A stretch of 64,000 bases of DNA from Octopus bimaculoides (lineage: Eukaryota), in assembly GCF_001194135.2 (NCBI RefSeq), contig NC_068984.1:25566355-25630354 (forward strand). The letters are read 5' to 3'. Positions 40,351-53,574 of this stretch are shown here, one piece after another. A program made the translations under genes and the position numbers. Each line of letters begins with the position of its first letter. Position 1 is the first letter of the stretch. The notes beneath the pieces are model-generated. The model was not told the DNA's origin. It did no database searches and saw only the letters and a program-made list of their open reading frames with translations.

Positions 40351-41131
40351 GCTTAAAAAGCACACACGCACGCGGACACACACACATAAAATGGGCAACA
40401 TATTTACTTTTCTTTCCTACATATAAATAGCAAACAGTTAAAATCTCCACTATTCTAATACTACATTTCATAATTTCTAACTTTTCAAGGCTGCCAAATC
40501 TGCATCTTAAGGGCTAAAATTATTTACCAAAACAAAAAAAAAAAAAAAAANNNNNNNNNNAAAAAAAAAAAAAAAAAAAAAATTACTATAAATTTGAATA
40601 GTTTCTGACCTTCCACAGATGTACAAGAGTATATCACCTCACACTTCAATTCACATATCCTAAATAGCACAGCTTCTACATAAACAAACTTTTTGACTCA
40701 ATCCAGAATAAGGGCCCCGTCTAACTGATAAACAAGCCTTCACTCACCAACACCCTGCAACCATTATTCTACAGATGTGTTGTCTCTTCTAAGATATTTC
40801 TATAACTAAAATAATTCTTGTTCCCTTTTAATTAGCAAGCTGAACAACACCCAAAATACTCGCCTGTTCTTTTATGTTTATCCCTAATATATCTCACCCT
40901 TCAAATATCATAATACCATATTTGATTGCATAAAAGACACACAGGCATTTTAGACACAACCAAATTTCAGCGGTGCGTATTCAGGAATAAAAAAAATGGT
41001 TTTAGTGCATTAAAGCATGTAATAGTTAAAGCTACTTCGTATATAGGACCCAAGGAGACATGTTCTTGGAAGAAAGTGCATCTTATATGCCATCAAATAA
41101 GGGAGATACTTTATCTATTCTGTATCCTAAT

Positions 41132-41585
41132 GGAGGCGCAATGGCCCAGTGGTTAGGGCAGCGGACTCGCGGTCATAGGATCGCAGTTTCGATTCCCAGA
41201 CCGGGCGTTGTGAGTGTTTATTGAGCGAAAACGCCTAAAGCACCACGAGGCTCCGGCAGGGGATGGTGGCAAACCCTGCTGTACTCTTTCNNNNNNNNNN
41301 CGAAAACGCCTAAAGCACCACGAGGCTCCGGCAGGGGATGGTGGCAAACCCTGCTGTACTCTTTCACCACAACTTTCTCTCACTCTTACTTCCTGTTTCT
41401 GTTGTGCCTGTAATTCAAAGGGTCAGCCTTGTCACACTGTGTCACGCTGAATACCCCCGAGAACTATGTTGAGGGTACACGTGTCTGTGGAGCGCTCAGC
41501 CACTTGTACGTTAATTTCACAAGCAGGCTGTTCCGTTGATTGGATCAACTGGAACCCTCGACGTCGTAAGCGACGGAGTGCCAAC
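41132..41585 (+). mobile_element. Full-length SINE family A with 13-bp TSD
   Basis: TSD TCTGTATCCTAAT at 41119-41131 and 41586-41598. Confidence 0.9.
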
Positions 41586-43079
41586 TCTGTATCCTAATAA
41601 CCATAAACCTCTAGAACTATTTGCTGTCAACATTTTCCATACTGACACCAACCTTCAGGAGTTCAAACTAAACAAACTGCACCAAGATCTCCAGTTTGAA
41701 ATGGCTTGGAAGGATTTTGAACATTGCCCTTTTGCGGTCTAAATTTTGAAAGATTAAACTAAATTCTATAGAACATAGAAGCAATTTTACTATCATTTGA
41801 AAATACACAATACATCACACTTACTTTACATATCAACCAAACATTCCCTATGCTGAAAAGGGAATTTGTACTTTGAAATATTCATGAACTGGCTATTTTT
41901 AATTCTTTAATTTAATTGTTATTGAGATTATAACAAGCTTCATTAAAAATTGAATTATATTTGTTGAAACATGATTGGTACTTATGTCAATTACATAAAT
42001 TATGCCAAACAATATTCATTTGTCTCATACTAGGAAGAAAGAGATATTAAATCTAAGAAGGTGGAAACAGAAAAGAAATAAAGATCTTCTCTGAAAAAAT
42101 ACTACATATGAATAATTCCATCAAGTATTTATTCAGAAATAGAACTTTTCAAGCAAGTTCAAACACAAAATATTATATTTTGAACATATTCATAATATTT
42201 TAATTCAAGTTATTTTACTAATTACCAAATATAATAGATATTTATCCACAAAATCAAAACAAACCTATTTTAGTCATTGATTTCAAATTTATTCTTGTAC
42301 TTTTTAAAGAAATTATAGTTAGCTTTCAATCAACTTTTATATTGCAATATAATGTTTAAACAAACATAATTGAAAAACAATTCTACAGATAAAATATCCA
42401 TAAAATCCTCCCAAGAATTATTGTAGAATAATTATACATATGTAAAACATATCATTTTTACATTTTGATTAATCTCCACAAATAAAAATTACCTCTGTAC
42501 TATCTTATAAAGAGGCTTGAAGATACATCATACATCAACACAAGGTAATGTAGATTAACTATAAAATAATGTGAAAGCTATATTTATTTTTATACACAAA
42601 CTGGACAGCAAAATGGCCTGGCAACCATTATATGCTGTACAAGCAACCAGTGTATATACTGAACAGAAATAGAAGTAGAATATATCAGAAGTTGGGTGGG
42701 TTGATTGCAGCTAAGTATTAAGTCCATTACTGTCATGCCATAGGAGATCATGGTTTGAATTAGCAACTAAATATATATATATATCATTATTATTTTGTTC
42801 AATAAAAAAAATATAAATAATATATTTTAAAATAACAACTATGACGCAAATACTTAAATATTGATTTGTAAAATAGACATAAAATCAGAAAATGTGGGAA
42901 GAAACAGCCAAGTGGATTGATTCTTGTATATTACATGGTACCTATTTAATTCACCCAGAAGGATGAAATGCATGATTTGAAGTCAAAACATAAAGAGATG
43001 TAATTAAATACCACAAGATTCAATCAAATCTGGCAACACATATATTCACATTATATTTTATAGTTATTAATAGATTCCC

Positions 43080-43345
43080 AGACCAGACTGTGTGTTGTGC
43101 TTCGGAGCAAGACATTTTATTCCACGCTACTCCAGTTCAAGGAACTGTAGAAATGAGTTGCAACGTCATTGGTGTCAAGCTGTATCAGCCTTTGTCTTTC
43201 CCTTGGATAACATCAGTGGCAGGAAAAGGAGAGGTTGTTATGCATGGGGGACTGCTGGTCTTCCATAAACAACCTTGCCCAAACTTGTGCCTCAGAGAGG
43301 AACTTTCTAGGTGCAATCCCATTGTCATTCATGACTGAAGGAGGT
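43080..43345 (+). mobile_element. CORE-like SINE
   Basis: Colinear with 34850-35110. Confidence 0.75.
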
Positions 43346-44773
43346 TTTTGCCCTTTTACTATTAGGTGTAGATGTAACTTTTGCCCTTTTACTATTAGGT
43401 GTAGATGTAACTGTGTGGTTAAGAAGCCTGCTTCCTGACCATATAATTTTGGGTTCAGTCAAACTGCACAGCATCCTGAGCAAATGCCTAGGACACATTA
43501 AAGCCTGGTCAATGGATTTGGTAGACAGAAACTAAATAAAGTCTGTCATAAATGTGTGCATGTATGTACTCTTATCATGAAATTCTGTGATTATGAATGA
43601 GCAGCACCATTATACAAACACTGTATACCTGGCCAAGGAAAATATTACCTTGCTTGGAAACAAGCAAGGGAATCTGGTTGTAGAAGGGCAACAGGAAGGG
43701 GATCTGGTTGTAGAAAATCTAGCTTTGCAAATTCCATCAGAAAAGAGAATATTAAATGATGACATAAATGATGATGATAATGATATATGAACTGCACAAA
43801 ACACACAATACACAAATGCATCTTTAAATACTGCATGTTTAAACAAAGCTGCTGTATTAAGAAATAATAGATTTTTAGAGGAAAGCTGCAGATAAAAATC
43901 CATGATACAATATACAGCTAACTGAAGTTAATATTGACAGTATGTGTATATGGATATGTCTTGTCTTTCAATATCACTAATAAAGCTGTAGTTTTACTTT
44001 GCATTTCTTTGATAAAGAAATACAAGGTAAAACTTCATGTTCTGTCTTCACTTTTGTATTTAATTTCACATTATTTTGGTCTAAACAAGTTTTTTATCTT
44101 ATTTATTATCATCCAATGCTTCACCTAAACTACTCTATACCAAAGTTGTGCATTACATTTTTAAAAAACTAAACATTTTCAATTAGTAACAATAAATTAT
44201 GGTTCAAACATATCTAAAGATTTAATAAATAATCATACTTCTTAAATTCACTGCTGTGTAGTTATTCTATTATTCTATTATATTCTAGTAATATCATAGG
44301 CCCTTTACAAGAACAGATAATTGAGAACTTTACAATAAATTTAGAAATGCAAGTCATTCATCACAGTCTCAGTTCTTCTATAATATAATCAGGGATGATC
44401 AGGTGAACATTGTATACACCTGTGTAGTGTTATGTCCATGACCATGACACAGAATTCTCAACAGTCCATTTGATCAAGCTATAAGTAAGCATATATTCAT
44501 TGCTGCAAGCAGGAGCAGTAGTTTAACAATTAATGACTGTTTAATAGGCTTAAAAAAGCTGAATTCAACTGAATGAAGTCTAGGCATTATTAGACTAGCA
44601 ACCCATCTCAGTAAAACATATGAATACTACATAAACCAGTGACACAAGAAATGAGTAATTTCATTTGTACCTCAATGTGATGTTTGGTAAACAGTGACGA
44701 ACCTCAGTATTACAAGGAAAATATAGAACAGCTGTCCACATTGAGCATGCCAGTTATGAGCTATCAAGTAAAC

Positions 44774-45342
44774 CAGTGATTTTTCAACAGGGGGACCATG
44801 CAAGCAAAATAGTAAATTAGGCACCCACAGTAGAATTTTAAGGATCCATAAAAAATGTTGCTGTAGATCAGTGATTCTCAAACTTTTTCATGTTGCCGCC
44901 ACCTTGACACCCAGGCCACATTCCTAGTTCCCCCACCCCAACTAACCATCACAAACAAATTCAAAGCAACTGTATTTTACAAATAAAACTTAACCTAAAG
45001 AACCCATTATTTTGTTTGTTTTTACATGAATCACTACCTCATTACTGCCCCCATTTTTCTTCAATGCTCCCTTGGAACTTTCCACTGCCCCCAGGGAGGC
45101 AATAATGCCCACATTGGGAACCACTGCTTTAGATGTATTTATTGTAAGAAACAGCTACATTTCTTTCTCTAACATTTTACATAGTTCAACCTCTGCAAGT
45201 GAACGTGTGAAAAGCAAAATAGGAATTTTGAAAGAAGTATCTATAAAATTAGTTTTTAAATATCAAATGGCCATGGGGGTCCACCAGAGTAAAATAATTA
45301 TCAAAGTGATCCATAGGTAAGAAAAATGGTTGAGAACCCCAG
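44774..45342. mobile_element. hAT-like MITE with 8-bp TSD, carrying a second hAT-like MITE
   Basis: TSD AAGTAAAC / AAATAAAC (7/8); ends CAGTGATTTTTCAAC / GGTTGAGAACCCCAG. Confidence 0.75.
44869..45126. mobile_element. Nested hAT-like MITE
   Basis: TIR CAGTGATTCTCAA / TTGGGAACCACTG; TSD CTGTAGAT / CTTTAGAT (7/8); same family as 54511-54785. Confidence 0.85.
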
Positions 45343-46792
45343 AAATAAACCATATGATTCCCTGAACGCCAACCTTGTTCTGACAAACATGCAGTTCTCA
45401 AGAGTCTTTAAGCAGAAACATGTCAATGCTGACATCACAATAACAGATCCCCAGCCACATTTTTCTTTTCTTTTTTTTTTTCTTTTTTTCAAATGGTAGG
45501 CCTCACATTTCAACCAGTTTTATACAACCACCTGTTACTTGGGTGCTTTTCATAGAGTAACCATCACCCCACCAACGATTTTTCTACCAATAATGATGTA
45601 TGTGTTCTTGTAGATACACATCAGCCACATCAATCTCCCAACTCTGAGAGAGTTTACAATCGTCATGGCCTCTCTTTCATCTATCTCCCTTAACTAACTT
45701 TATAAAAATTTCAAATTATCACAGTAAGCTGTGTTCAATATATAAAAAAAGATCAATACTTGTTGATATTTTAGTAGATTAAGAATTTGAATTTGAGAAG
45801 AATTAATTGAACATATTCTTTCTATTTAAAACTTCTAGCAAATATGCAAAGTAGATTTTAAGGTGGGGTCAAACCTAATTTCTACCACATCAATATCAGA
45901 AACAGCATCATCTAAACTCACATATGGTATTCAAGGTTAAATATCTCCTCTTTCTGCTTGTCTCGATGCCTAGTTTCCTGTTTTGCAAACTCATAAGTAT
46001 TATAGAAAGAACTTTCTCATACAAAATATCATCATCATCATCGTTTCAACATCCACTTTCCATGCTGGCATGGGTTGGACTGTTTGACTGAAGACTGGCA
46101 AGCCAGGAGGCAGCACCAGGCTCCAGTCTGTTCTGGCAAGATATTTCATAAAAGAGACTTATTTTCATATGTTTGAAAGATTTTAAAACTATAATCTAAA
46201 TGTAAACAAACTTTCTTGCTTGTAAAATTAAATGTCTAATCTGAGCAGCAGGAAGTCAGAGAATTGCTTTGGTATAATGGTATTGCAACTGACCAGGTTA
46301 TAGCAAATGCATGGTTCAAGCCCTGCACATGACTGTCTGCTCTTTTTCTGTCCAAGGGATTTTTTTTTAACCCACTGTATTATGAGCTATTATTTATGCT
46401 ACATTCATATTCAAGATACTTTGTAAGACATCCACATTCTTACAACATGATCAAGATATTTCAACGAAACTCAGAGCGAAAAATAAAAAGAATATGAATA
46501 AATTTAATAATATAATATCCTGTTCAATCACCAACATAAGTGATTATATCAGTAGAAGTGAAATCTGTCTAAGCATGCTATTGATACTGAATACTTGCTA
46601 CCAATGATGCACAGACATAGAAATCTGGATTTAGCAATTCCATCACAGCTATGAGATGCTTTGCAGCTCCTACTGATATGCTTCTGTGTTTTTTTAGCAG
46701 TATAGGACTTTGCAAGATGCTTTCTCAATCTGAATACCACAGTGTTATGGCTTCCTACAGTATATCCACTTTAAGTAAGTCGCACAGAATGC

Positions 46793-46868
<76 letters not shown>

Positions 46869-46957
46869 AAGAGAGAGAAATAGAGTGAGAAAGACACACA
46901 CACACATGTAATGTATGTCTGTATATGTAGACAAAGTTGATAAATCATTTGTCTTAC

Positions 46958-47028
46958 ATTTGACAATGATGACTCAACCAATACAAAACATATTGCTAAC
47001 GCAGTTTTAGCTTTGTCTTCATGGTATT
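46958..47028 (-). other. Possible 71-nt exon in frame with MSTKATRKKDSE
   Basis: TTATTTTAG acceptor, GTAAGA donor; would add EYHEDKAKTALAICFVLVESSLSN; no homology recognised. Confidence 0.2.
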
Positions 47029-47644
47029 CTAAAATAATCCTACAGCCTACAGAAGACGCAAGATGAAAGTAAATCAATACCATCAACAAGTGGTTAAAAT
47101 AATTTTCTATATATGCCAACATGACTAGCAAAGTAAATATACGTATATGTTTGCTTAACTGTCAAGTATAAGATTTAATTCTGGACCAGAAGATTTCAAA
47201 TATAACTGCATGTCTCTCAGTTTCTGACCATTGTTTTCACCAAAATTCATAATTTTCATCAATTGATTAAACTGTACAGTTTTCTAACATATTGTCAGTA
47301 TCGCTAGCTTATGGTCACAGTAACCCTAACCAAATCTATAATTAGAACAATCATACCATAGGAGCTTGTTTGTATTCATATCAAGTGACTTTTAAAACTG
47401 AAAATATATATCCATGCAAATAACCATATTGGAAAAAAAGTTGTTCCTACATTTCAGCTTGTGTCATGATCATACAACTGAGCTCAGAAGTGTATTCACC
47501 TACATGAATGTGCATTATATTTATAATATAAGAAATAAATAACAAAGATCTAAAAATTTGATTTGAAAAACTGCTCATAGATAAGTAACAAATTACTCAG
47601 AAAAATAAGCAAAAAGAAATATTTTTTTCAAAAAAAAGTCTTAC

Positions 47645-47921
47645 CCTCTGAGTCCTTCTTTCTGGTGGCTTTTGTAGACATACTGTAAAATGGTAATTTC
47701 CATACAAAGCCATGATTCAAATTTGCTAAGTGTCCTTTTTGACAAGGAATTCTAGTAATCAATTATTTAGTGGGGGGATGTCATACATAAAGCTGTTAGT
47801 AATTATTAATCCAAAATCATCCACAAAGTATCTGGAACTGTTGTTATTGTTGCAAAGTTCATCATAGAGTGGCAGACCATCATTTTGAGATTTCATTGAA
47901 ATGCAGTTGACCCCAAAATAA
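47645..47921 (-). other. Candidate 277-nt exon (5'UTR/first coding exon or lncRNA)
   Basis: Acceptor TTTTTTATTTATTTTATATTTCAG, donor GAGG/GTAAGA; repeat-free; ATG at 47681 (A at -3) opens MSTKATRKKDSE to the donor. Confidence 0.5.
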
Positions 47922-48050
47922 CTGAAATATAAAATAAATAAAAAAATTTAAATTAAAAACAGATTTAGTATATATATATATATATATACCAAAGATGTAC
48001 TTGCATAACAAGCATTTTGATCTGAAATCATGTGCTGAAACTAAAGTGAC

Positions 48051-48270
48051 TGTAGTGTGGTGGACATTAAGTTAGCCATTCAGAAACACACAAAGACTGT
48101 CGACTACACTGAAACATTTATTTGTAATTCAGTGTCAAAATTTTCATCACTTGAAACTGCAACCTGTTTGCTTACAAAAAATTTTGCTGCATTTTTACAA
48201 ATAACTGTTTAAGTGAAGTTGATAGTCTTTGTGTGTTTCAGAATGGCTAAGTTATGTCTACCATGCTGCA
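48051..48270. mobile_element. MITE with about 55-bp TIRs
   Basis: 48072-48098 vs 48224-48250 match 26/27 as inverted repeats; weaker match extends outward. Confidence 0.75.
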
Positions 48271-48509
48271 ATCGCTAGAATATGACAAACAAAAAATACA
48301 AACTAGGAAGAAGAATGGCGTTTCAAACATTGTAGGCATCTATAGAAATAGATGTCTTGCTCAAAAAAAAAAAAAAAACTACAAAAATAAGAATCTAGAA
48401 CAAACTAGATATCTGCAGCCTGATACACCCAACAATGTTGTCTCTATTATTACTGATAGGTAAGAGATTTCTTTGTAGTTAGCAAAATATCTATTTGGTG
48501 TTAAAATAC

Positions 48510-48671
48510 CTGTGCATGGTGCATTCAACATAGAACAGCTGCACCCAAACCATCACATACTGCCTGTTACCAGAACCAAATCCAATAACAAGGTTGACTG
48601 AGATGAGTTATGGGGTGTCTTTTTCTTGTCTTCTCAAAACCAACAGAAGAATATGAATGCTGTTCTACAAG
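48510..48671 (-). other. Candidate 162-nt non-coding exon
   Basis: Acceptor AATTAATTCTTTTATTAG, donor CAG/GTATTT; stops in all frames. Confidence 0.4.
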
Positions 48672-50028
48672 CTAATAAAAGAATTAATTTACAGCCCTGC
48701 TGTTTGGTTCAGTAAACAGAGCTAATTAAACTGCTTTGGCGTTCTTTTCTAATAGTTCTATATCTGTATGAATGGAATTTGATGTGAGAAACATTTAAAG
48801 CTTAAGGTTTATAATTGATAAGGAAAATATACAAAAGAAAAAAAAAAACATATCATCCCAGCTATTCCTACCGTGATGCACATCATATATATACACACGT
48901 GTGTGTGTGTGTGTTTGATTTACGTATGTGTGTGTGTGTGTTTGATTTACGTATGTTATATATACATAGGTTGAAGCATTAAGCAAATGAATGTTGATGC
49001 AGATACACAGACTACTCTTTAAAAAGTGTTGCCAAAGAGATATGAATAGATTTTTAAAATTTGCCAACCGGATATTGTAAAAATACATGTGTAGCTATAG
49101 ATATAAATGTAATGCAATAAAAATAATCCTTTCTCTTTTTTTCTTTTTTCTGGTGTAGGATATCTAAATTATCTATCTTGTAAATGCAAAAACCATACAC
49201 AAATTTTTTTAAAAATAACCCAGCCGTATATTAAAAAAACATTAAGATAAAGTTCATGGAGGAATTTTGCCAAGAAACTCTACAGGATTTTATGATATAC
49301 ATGTTGATATTTGCATTAGAATGAAGGTGTCCTTTTCATAATATATGTAAGTACAGGTGAATGCATAGGCTTTATATATATATATATATATATATAAACA
49401 TATGTACTTATACATGATGTTTTTTGCTAGAGAATAAGTTATGATTCAATAAATGTGCAATGTTAACATTTGAAGAGCATAAGTGAACGAAAGAAATAAC
49501 TAGACATCAGATGCTTGAGCAGATATGTGATGTAGAAAAGACAGCCAAGCTGGTTTGGTCTTGTGCTGAGATTGCATGATGAAAGCTTGGTTAAGAAAAA
49601 AAGAAAAGGCTTTGCTGCAAGTAGGCTTTGAAAGTTATCCTTAGTAGAACGAAGTCGAGGATATGGAAACTAATAGGATACATTTGGACAACTGACTGTT
49701 ACAGGGAAGACGATATAGGATCAAGATGTGGAAAACTATTAGGTTGCAAATTTCATATAACCTAGTTCTGCAGAGTAAAGTAAATCATTATGGACATGCA
49801 TACATAATGGGTGCAAATGTGCATGCATGTGTGTGTAAGTGTGTGTGTGCTTATGTGAGCAAGTTTGTATTTCCTACATTTTCACATGTATTCTCTGCAC
49901 TGATTGTAAATAAAGACACTGTCAACATAGCTATTATGTACAATCAGTAAATATATGTGCTTGTGTGAGCAAATTTATGTTTATTAACTTGTTCACAAAA
50001 GCAGAGGGAAAAGGGGAAAGAGAGAGAG

Positions 50029-50059
<31 letters not shown>

Positions 50060-50694
50060 CACACACACACACACATGGCAAGTTTCTTTCAGTTTCTTCC
50101 CTTAATTTTATTTCTAATACTGCTTTTTATCTATGATAAGACAATATTAATTTTGTCCTGAATTTTTACTCTTTTACTTACATATCTGGTTTACTTACAG
50201 GCAAATTACCAAGTCAGAATAGTATTATCGCAAATGTTAAAATCCAGACTATTTTTCATTTTATATAAATATTCAAAGTAACATAAACCATGTAGTAGTG
50301 AAAATGATTGCTTTATGCAACAAGTAACCTGTGATAAATTGATTTTTCTTTTAGCTAAGCTGAACTGAGCAGTTAAGTATTTTAATTTTATCTTGAGATT
50401 ATATTAATAAAGATTAAAAATAATAGATGGAGGGTGTGTTTCTACTCATAGAAAAATTTCTGACACTGTTATTTTATAATATTGTTGTCAAATTGAATAT
50501 GCAAATTACATCATAGGAAATATAACCCTTTCGTTACTAACCTGGCCGTAGCCAGCCGAAAAATGTTTTGGTTCATAAGACCAACCAGGCCATAGCCAGC
50601 CGAGAGTACACATTGTTAGTTAAATGTAAATTTGAACCCAAATCTCATTAGTACATTCGTGAAAACACGTGATTTCACTTTGCAAACAGTTGAG

Positions 50695-51460
50695 TTGGTA
50701 AGACAGCTGCAGGAGAAATACCTAACCAAAGATAAACCTCTGTACCTGGCTTTCGTTGACATGGAGAAAGCCTTTGATAGGGTCCTCCGATCCCTTATTT
50801 GGTGGTCAATGAGAAAACTAGGGATAGATGAATGGTTAATGAGAGCTTTGCGAGCCATGCACAGGGACGCTGTCAGTAAGGTGAGGGTTGGCAACGAATA
50901 TAGTGAAGAATTCCGGGTAGAGGTAGGGGTCCACCAAGGTTCAGTCCTAAGCCCCCTCCTATTTATCATAGTCTTCCAGGAAATAACAGAGGAATTCAAG
51001 ACAGGATGCCCCTGGGAGCTCCTCTATGCTGATGACCTTGCTCTAATTGCTGAGTCAGTGTCAGAACTAGAGGAGAAGTTTCAGGTGTGGAAGCAAGGAT
51101 TAGAATCGAAGGGCCTTAGAGTCAATTTAGCTAAAACCAAAGTCTTAATAAGTAGGAAGTCAGACAAACCACAAATCCCTTCAGGTAGATGGCCCTGCTC
51201 AATCTGTAGAAAAGGCGTAGGTAGAAACGTAGAAACTCTATAAGATGTACCCAGTGTAAGCTATGGACACATAAGAGGTGCAGCAATATCAAAGGAAGGC
51301 TAACTAGGAAGATAGTTTTTGTATGTGGCACATGCTCAGGAGCAATAAACACTGAAAATGTGCAGAGAACAACTTCTGCCACATTCCAGGGAGAAAAACT
51401 CAAAGTAGTTGATAGCTTCCATTACACAGGTGACCAAGTCAGTAGCGGGGGAGGGTGCGC
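50695..51460 (+). pseudogene. RTE-clade LINE reverse transcriptase fragment with internal PHD-type finger
   Basis: VRQLQEKYL..LYLAFVDMEKAFDRV, GVHQGSVLSPLLF, LLYADDL, GLRVNLAKTKV; frameshift from an 8-bp duplication at 51221-51236; then VVDSFHYTGDQVSSGGGC. Confidence 0.92.
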
Positions 51461-52185
51461 AATAGTAAAAGACACTTCTACTACAGTGCCCCAAAGTGCC
51501 ACGCAGTGGGACTAAACTCAAAACTATATGGTTACAAAACAAACTTAACCATGCATACATACACCCATACCTGTAACTACAAAAAAAAAAAGTTAGGTCT
51601 TACTGACTTATCAAATCTATTAAAATAATATCTTCAAACACAATATTGCCTTTTCCTCACTACATAATTCAAATTATATTTTTAAATGCTAACTACATCA
51701 AATACATTAACGAAAGCTATTGTTCTGCATACAGATGGCATATGAGCATATGAGTAAAAATGTGTTTGTTTTGTTTGCTTTTTTAAATAACACATCAATG
51801 TTTGACTACTTAAGCAGCTGCTTCAATCTGAAGTCAAGTTTCCATGAACCATGTTATCACCAAACCAGTTATTTTCTTCTAAGAACACACATCAGTTTCT
51901 GATAATTCATTCAATGACTTTGTTGATTTGCAAAGTCAGAGATATAGGCCTGTAATTTTCAACATCTACTCTGCTGCCTCTTATGGATAAGATATATTAT
52001 ACTATCTTTGAAGTTCTTTGAGAGAAACAGAGTTTGCCATTATCAGGTAATCTTTGGAAAAGTATCTGAAGTGGTTGCCTATATTATTTTTACATGTTTC
52101 TAGGAGACATGGCAAAAAAAAAAAAAAAAAAATACCAAATTTTGTTACTAATGTCAAACTCGCTATTGTCATCACTGATAAACTG

Positions 52186-52187
<2 letters not shown>

Positions 52188-52267
<80 letters not shown>

Positions 52268-52336
52268 TATACAAATACACAATACAAATACATATATAAT
52301 TATATATACACACACACATACATACACAAATACATA

Positions 52337-52382
<46 letters not shown>

Positions 52383-52420
52383 CAAATATTTTTATACACA
52401 TGCACACACACACACACACA
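52188..52420. repeat. Compound (AT)n/(AC)n microsatellite
   Basis: Direct reading. Confidence 0.95.
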
Positions 52421-53075
52421 AATGGCTATCTACACACTATTTTTGTCTGAAAGCTTGTGATATGTGTGCATGTAATAATGTATATAACATGTATAATGTA
52501 TATACAAAAATGGTATGCCACTAAATATAATATTTTGTCTCAGAGAAACTTTTCAAAAGAGACATGTGTCATAAAACTCTAATGCTGTTTCAAATGCACA
52601 AATCATTGAATGTTTATTTACCGATTTCTACATGGGAAGAAATATTTTTAGCTTGGTTCAGAATGTCCAGAAGGTGTCTGTCACTGAGAAGACCAAATCC
52701 AATTGAAACACCATGAAAAAGGATCCAACAACAACAACATTCCAAGTTACACATATGTTTTTTAATATGAGTCATTTTGAGAAATTTCTCTAAGATAAAA
52801 TATTAGTTATCAGTATGCTGTATTTGTATATATGTTATCAATGTTATGCACAACAGTTTATATATACACAAGCATCCATTCATATGTAATGTTTTTTCAG
52901 CCATTGGATAAGGTTTCATCAAACAAATAACCCATGTACCTATTTTTAATTGTGGCATTTATTTTATCAGTCTCCTTTGCTAAACTACTATGTTATGAGA
53001 GCATAAACAAACCAACATCAGTTGTCAAGTGGCAGAGAAGGAACAAGCACAAATGTAAATATAAATTATATATAT

Positions 53076-53482
53076 AGGCGCAGGAGTGGCTGTGTGGTAA
53101 GTAGCTTGCTTACCAACCACATGGTTCCGGGTTCAGTCCCACTGCATGGCACCTTGGGCAAGTGTCTTCTACTATAGCCTCGGGCCAACCAAAGCCTTGT
53201 GAGTGGATTTGGTAGGCGGAAACTGAAAGAAGCCCGTCGTATACATGTATATATATATGTGTGTGTGTGTATGTTTGTGTGTCTGTTTGTCATCACTTGA
53301 CAACTAATGCTGGTGTGTTTACGTCCCCGTAACTTAGTGGTTCGGCAAAAGAGACTGATAGAATAAGTACTAGGCTTACAAAGAATAAGTCCTGGGGTTG
53401 ATTTGCTCGACTAAAGGTGGTGCTCCAGCATGGTCGCAGTCAAATGACTGAAACAAGTAAAAGAGTAAAAAGAGTAAAGAGT
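53076..53482 (+). mobile_element. SINE family B, full length
   Basis: AGGCGCAGGAGTGGCTGTGTGG head to (AAAGAGT)n tail. Confidence 0.9.
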
Positions 53483-53574
53483 ATATGGCAGGTTTCCACA
53501 CAGTTTCCAAGTACTAAATTCACTCACAAATTTTCAAACAAAAAAATTTGAATTCAGAGCTGATTGCCTTTGCT

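Noticed and set aside
52002-52417. YI/CV/HT-repeat ORFs
   Set aside because: Translations of dinucleotide microsatellites.
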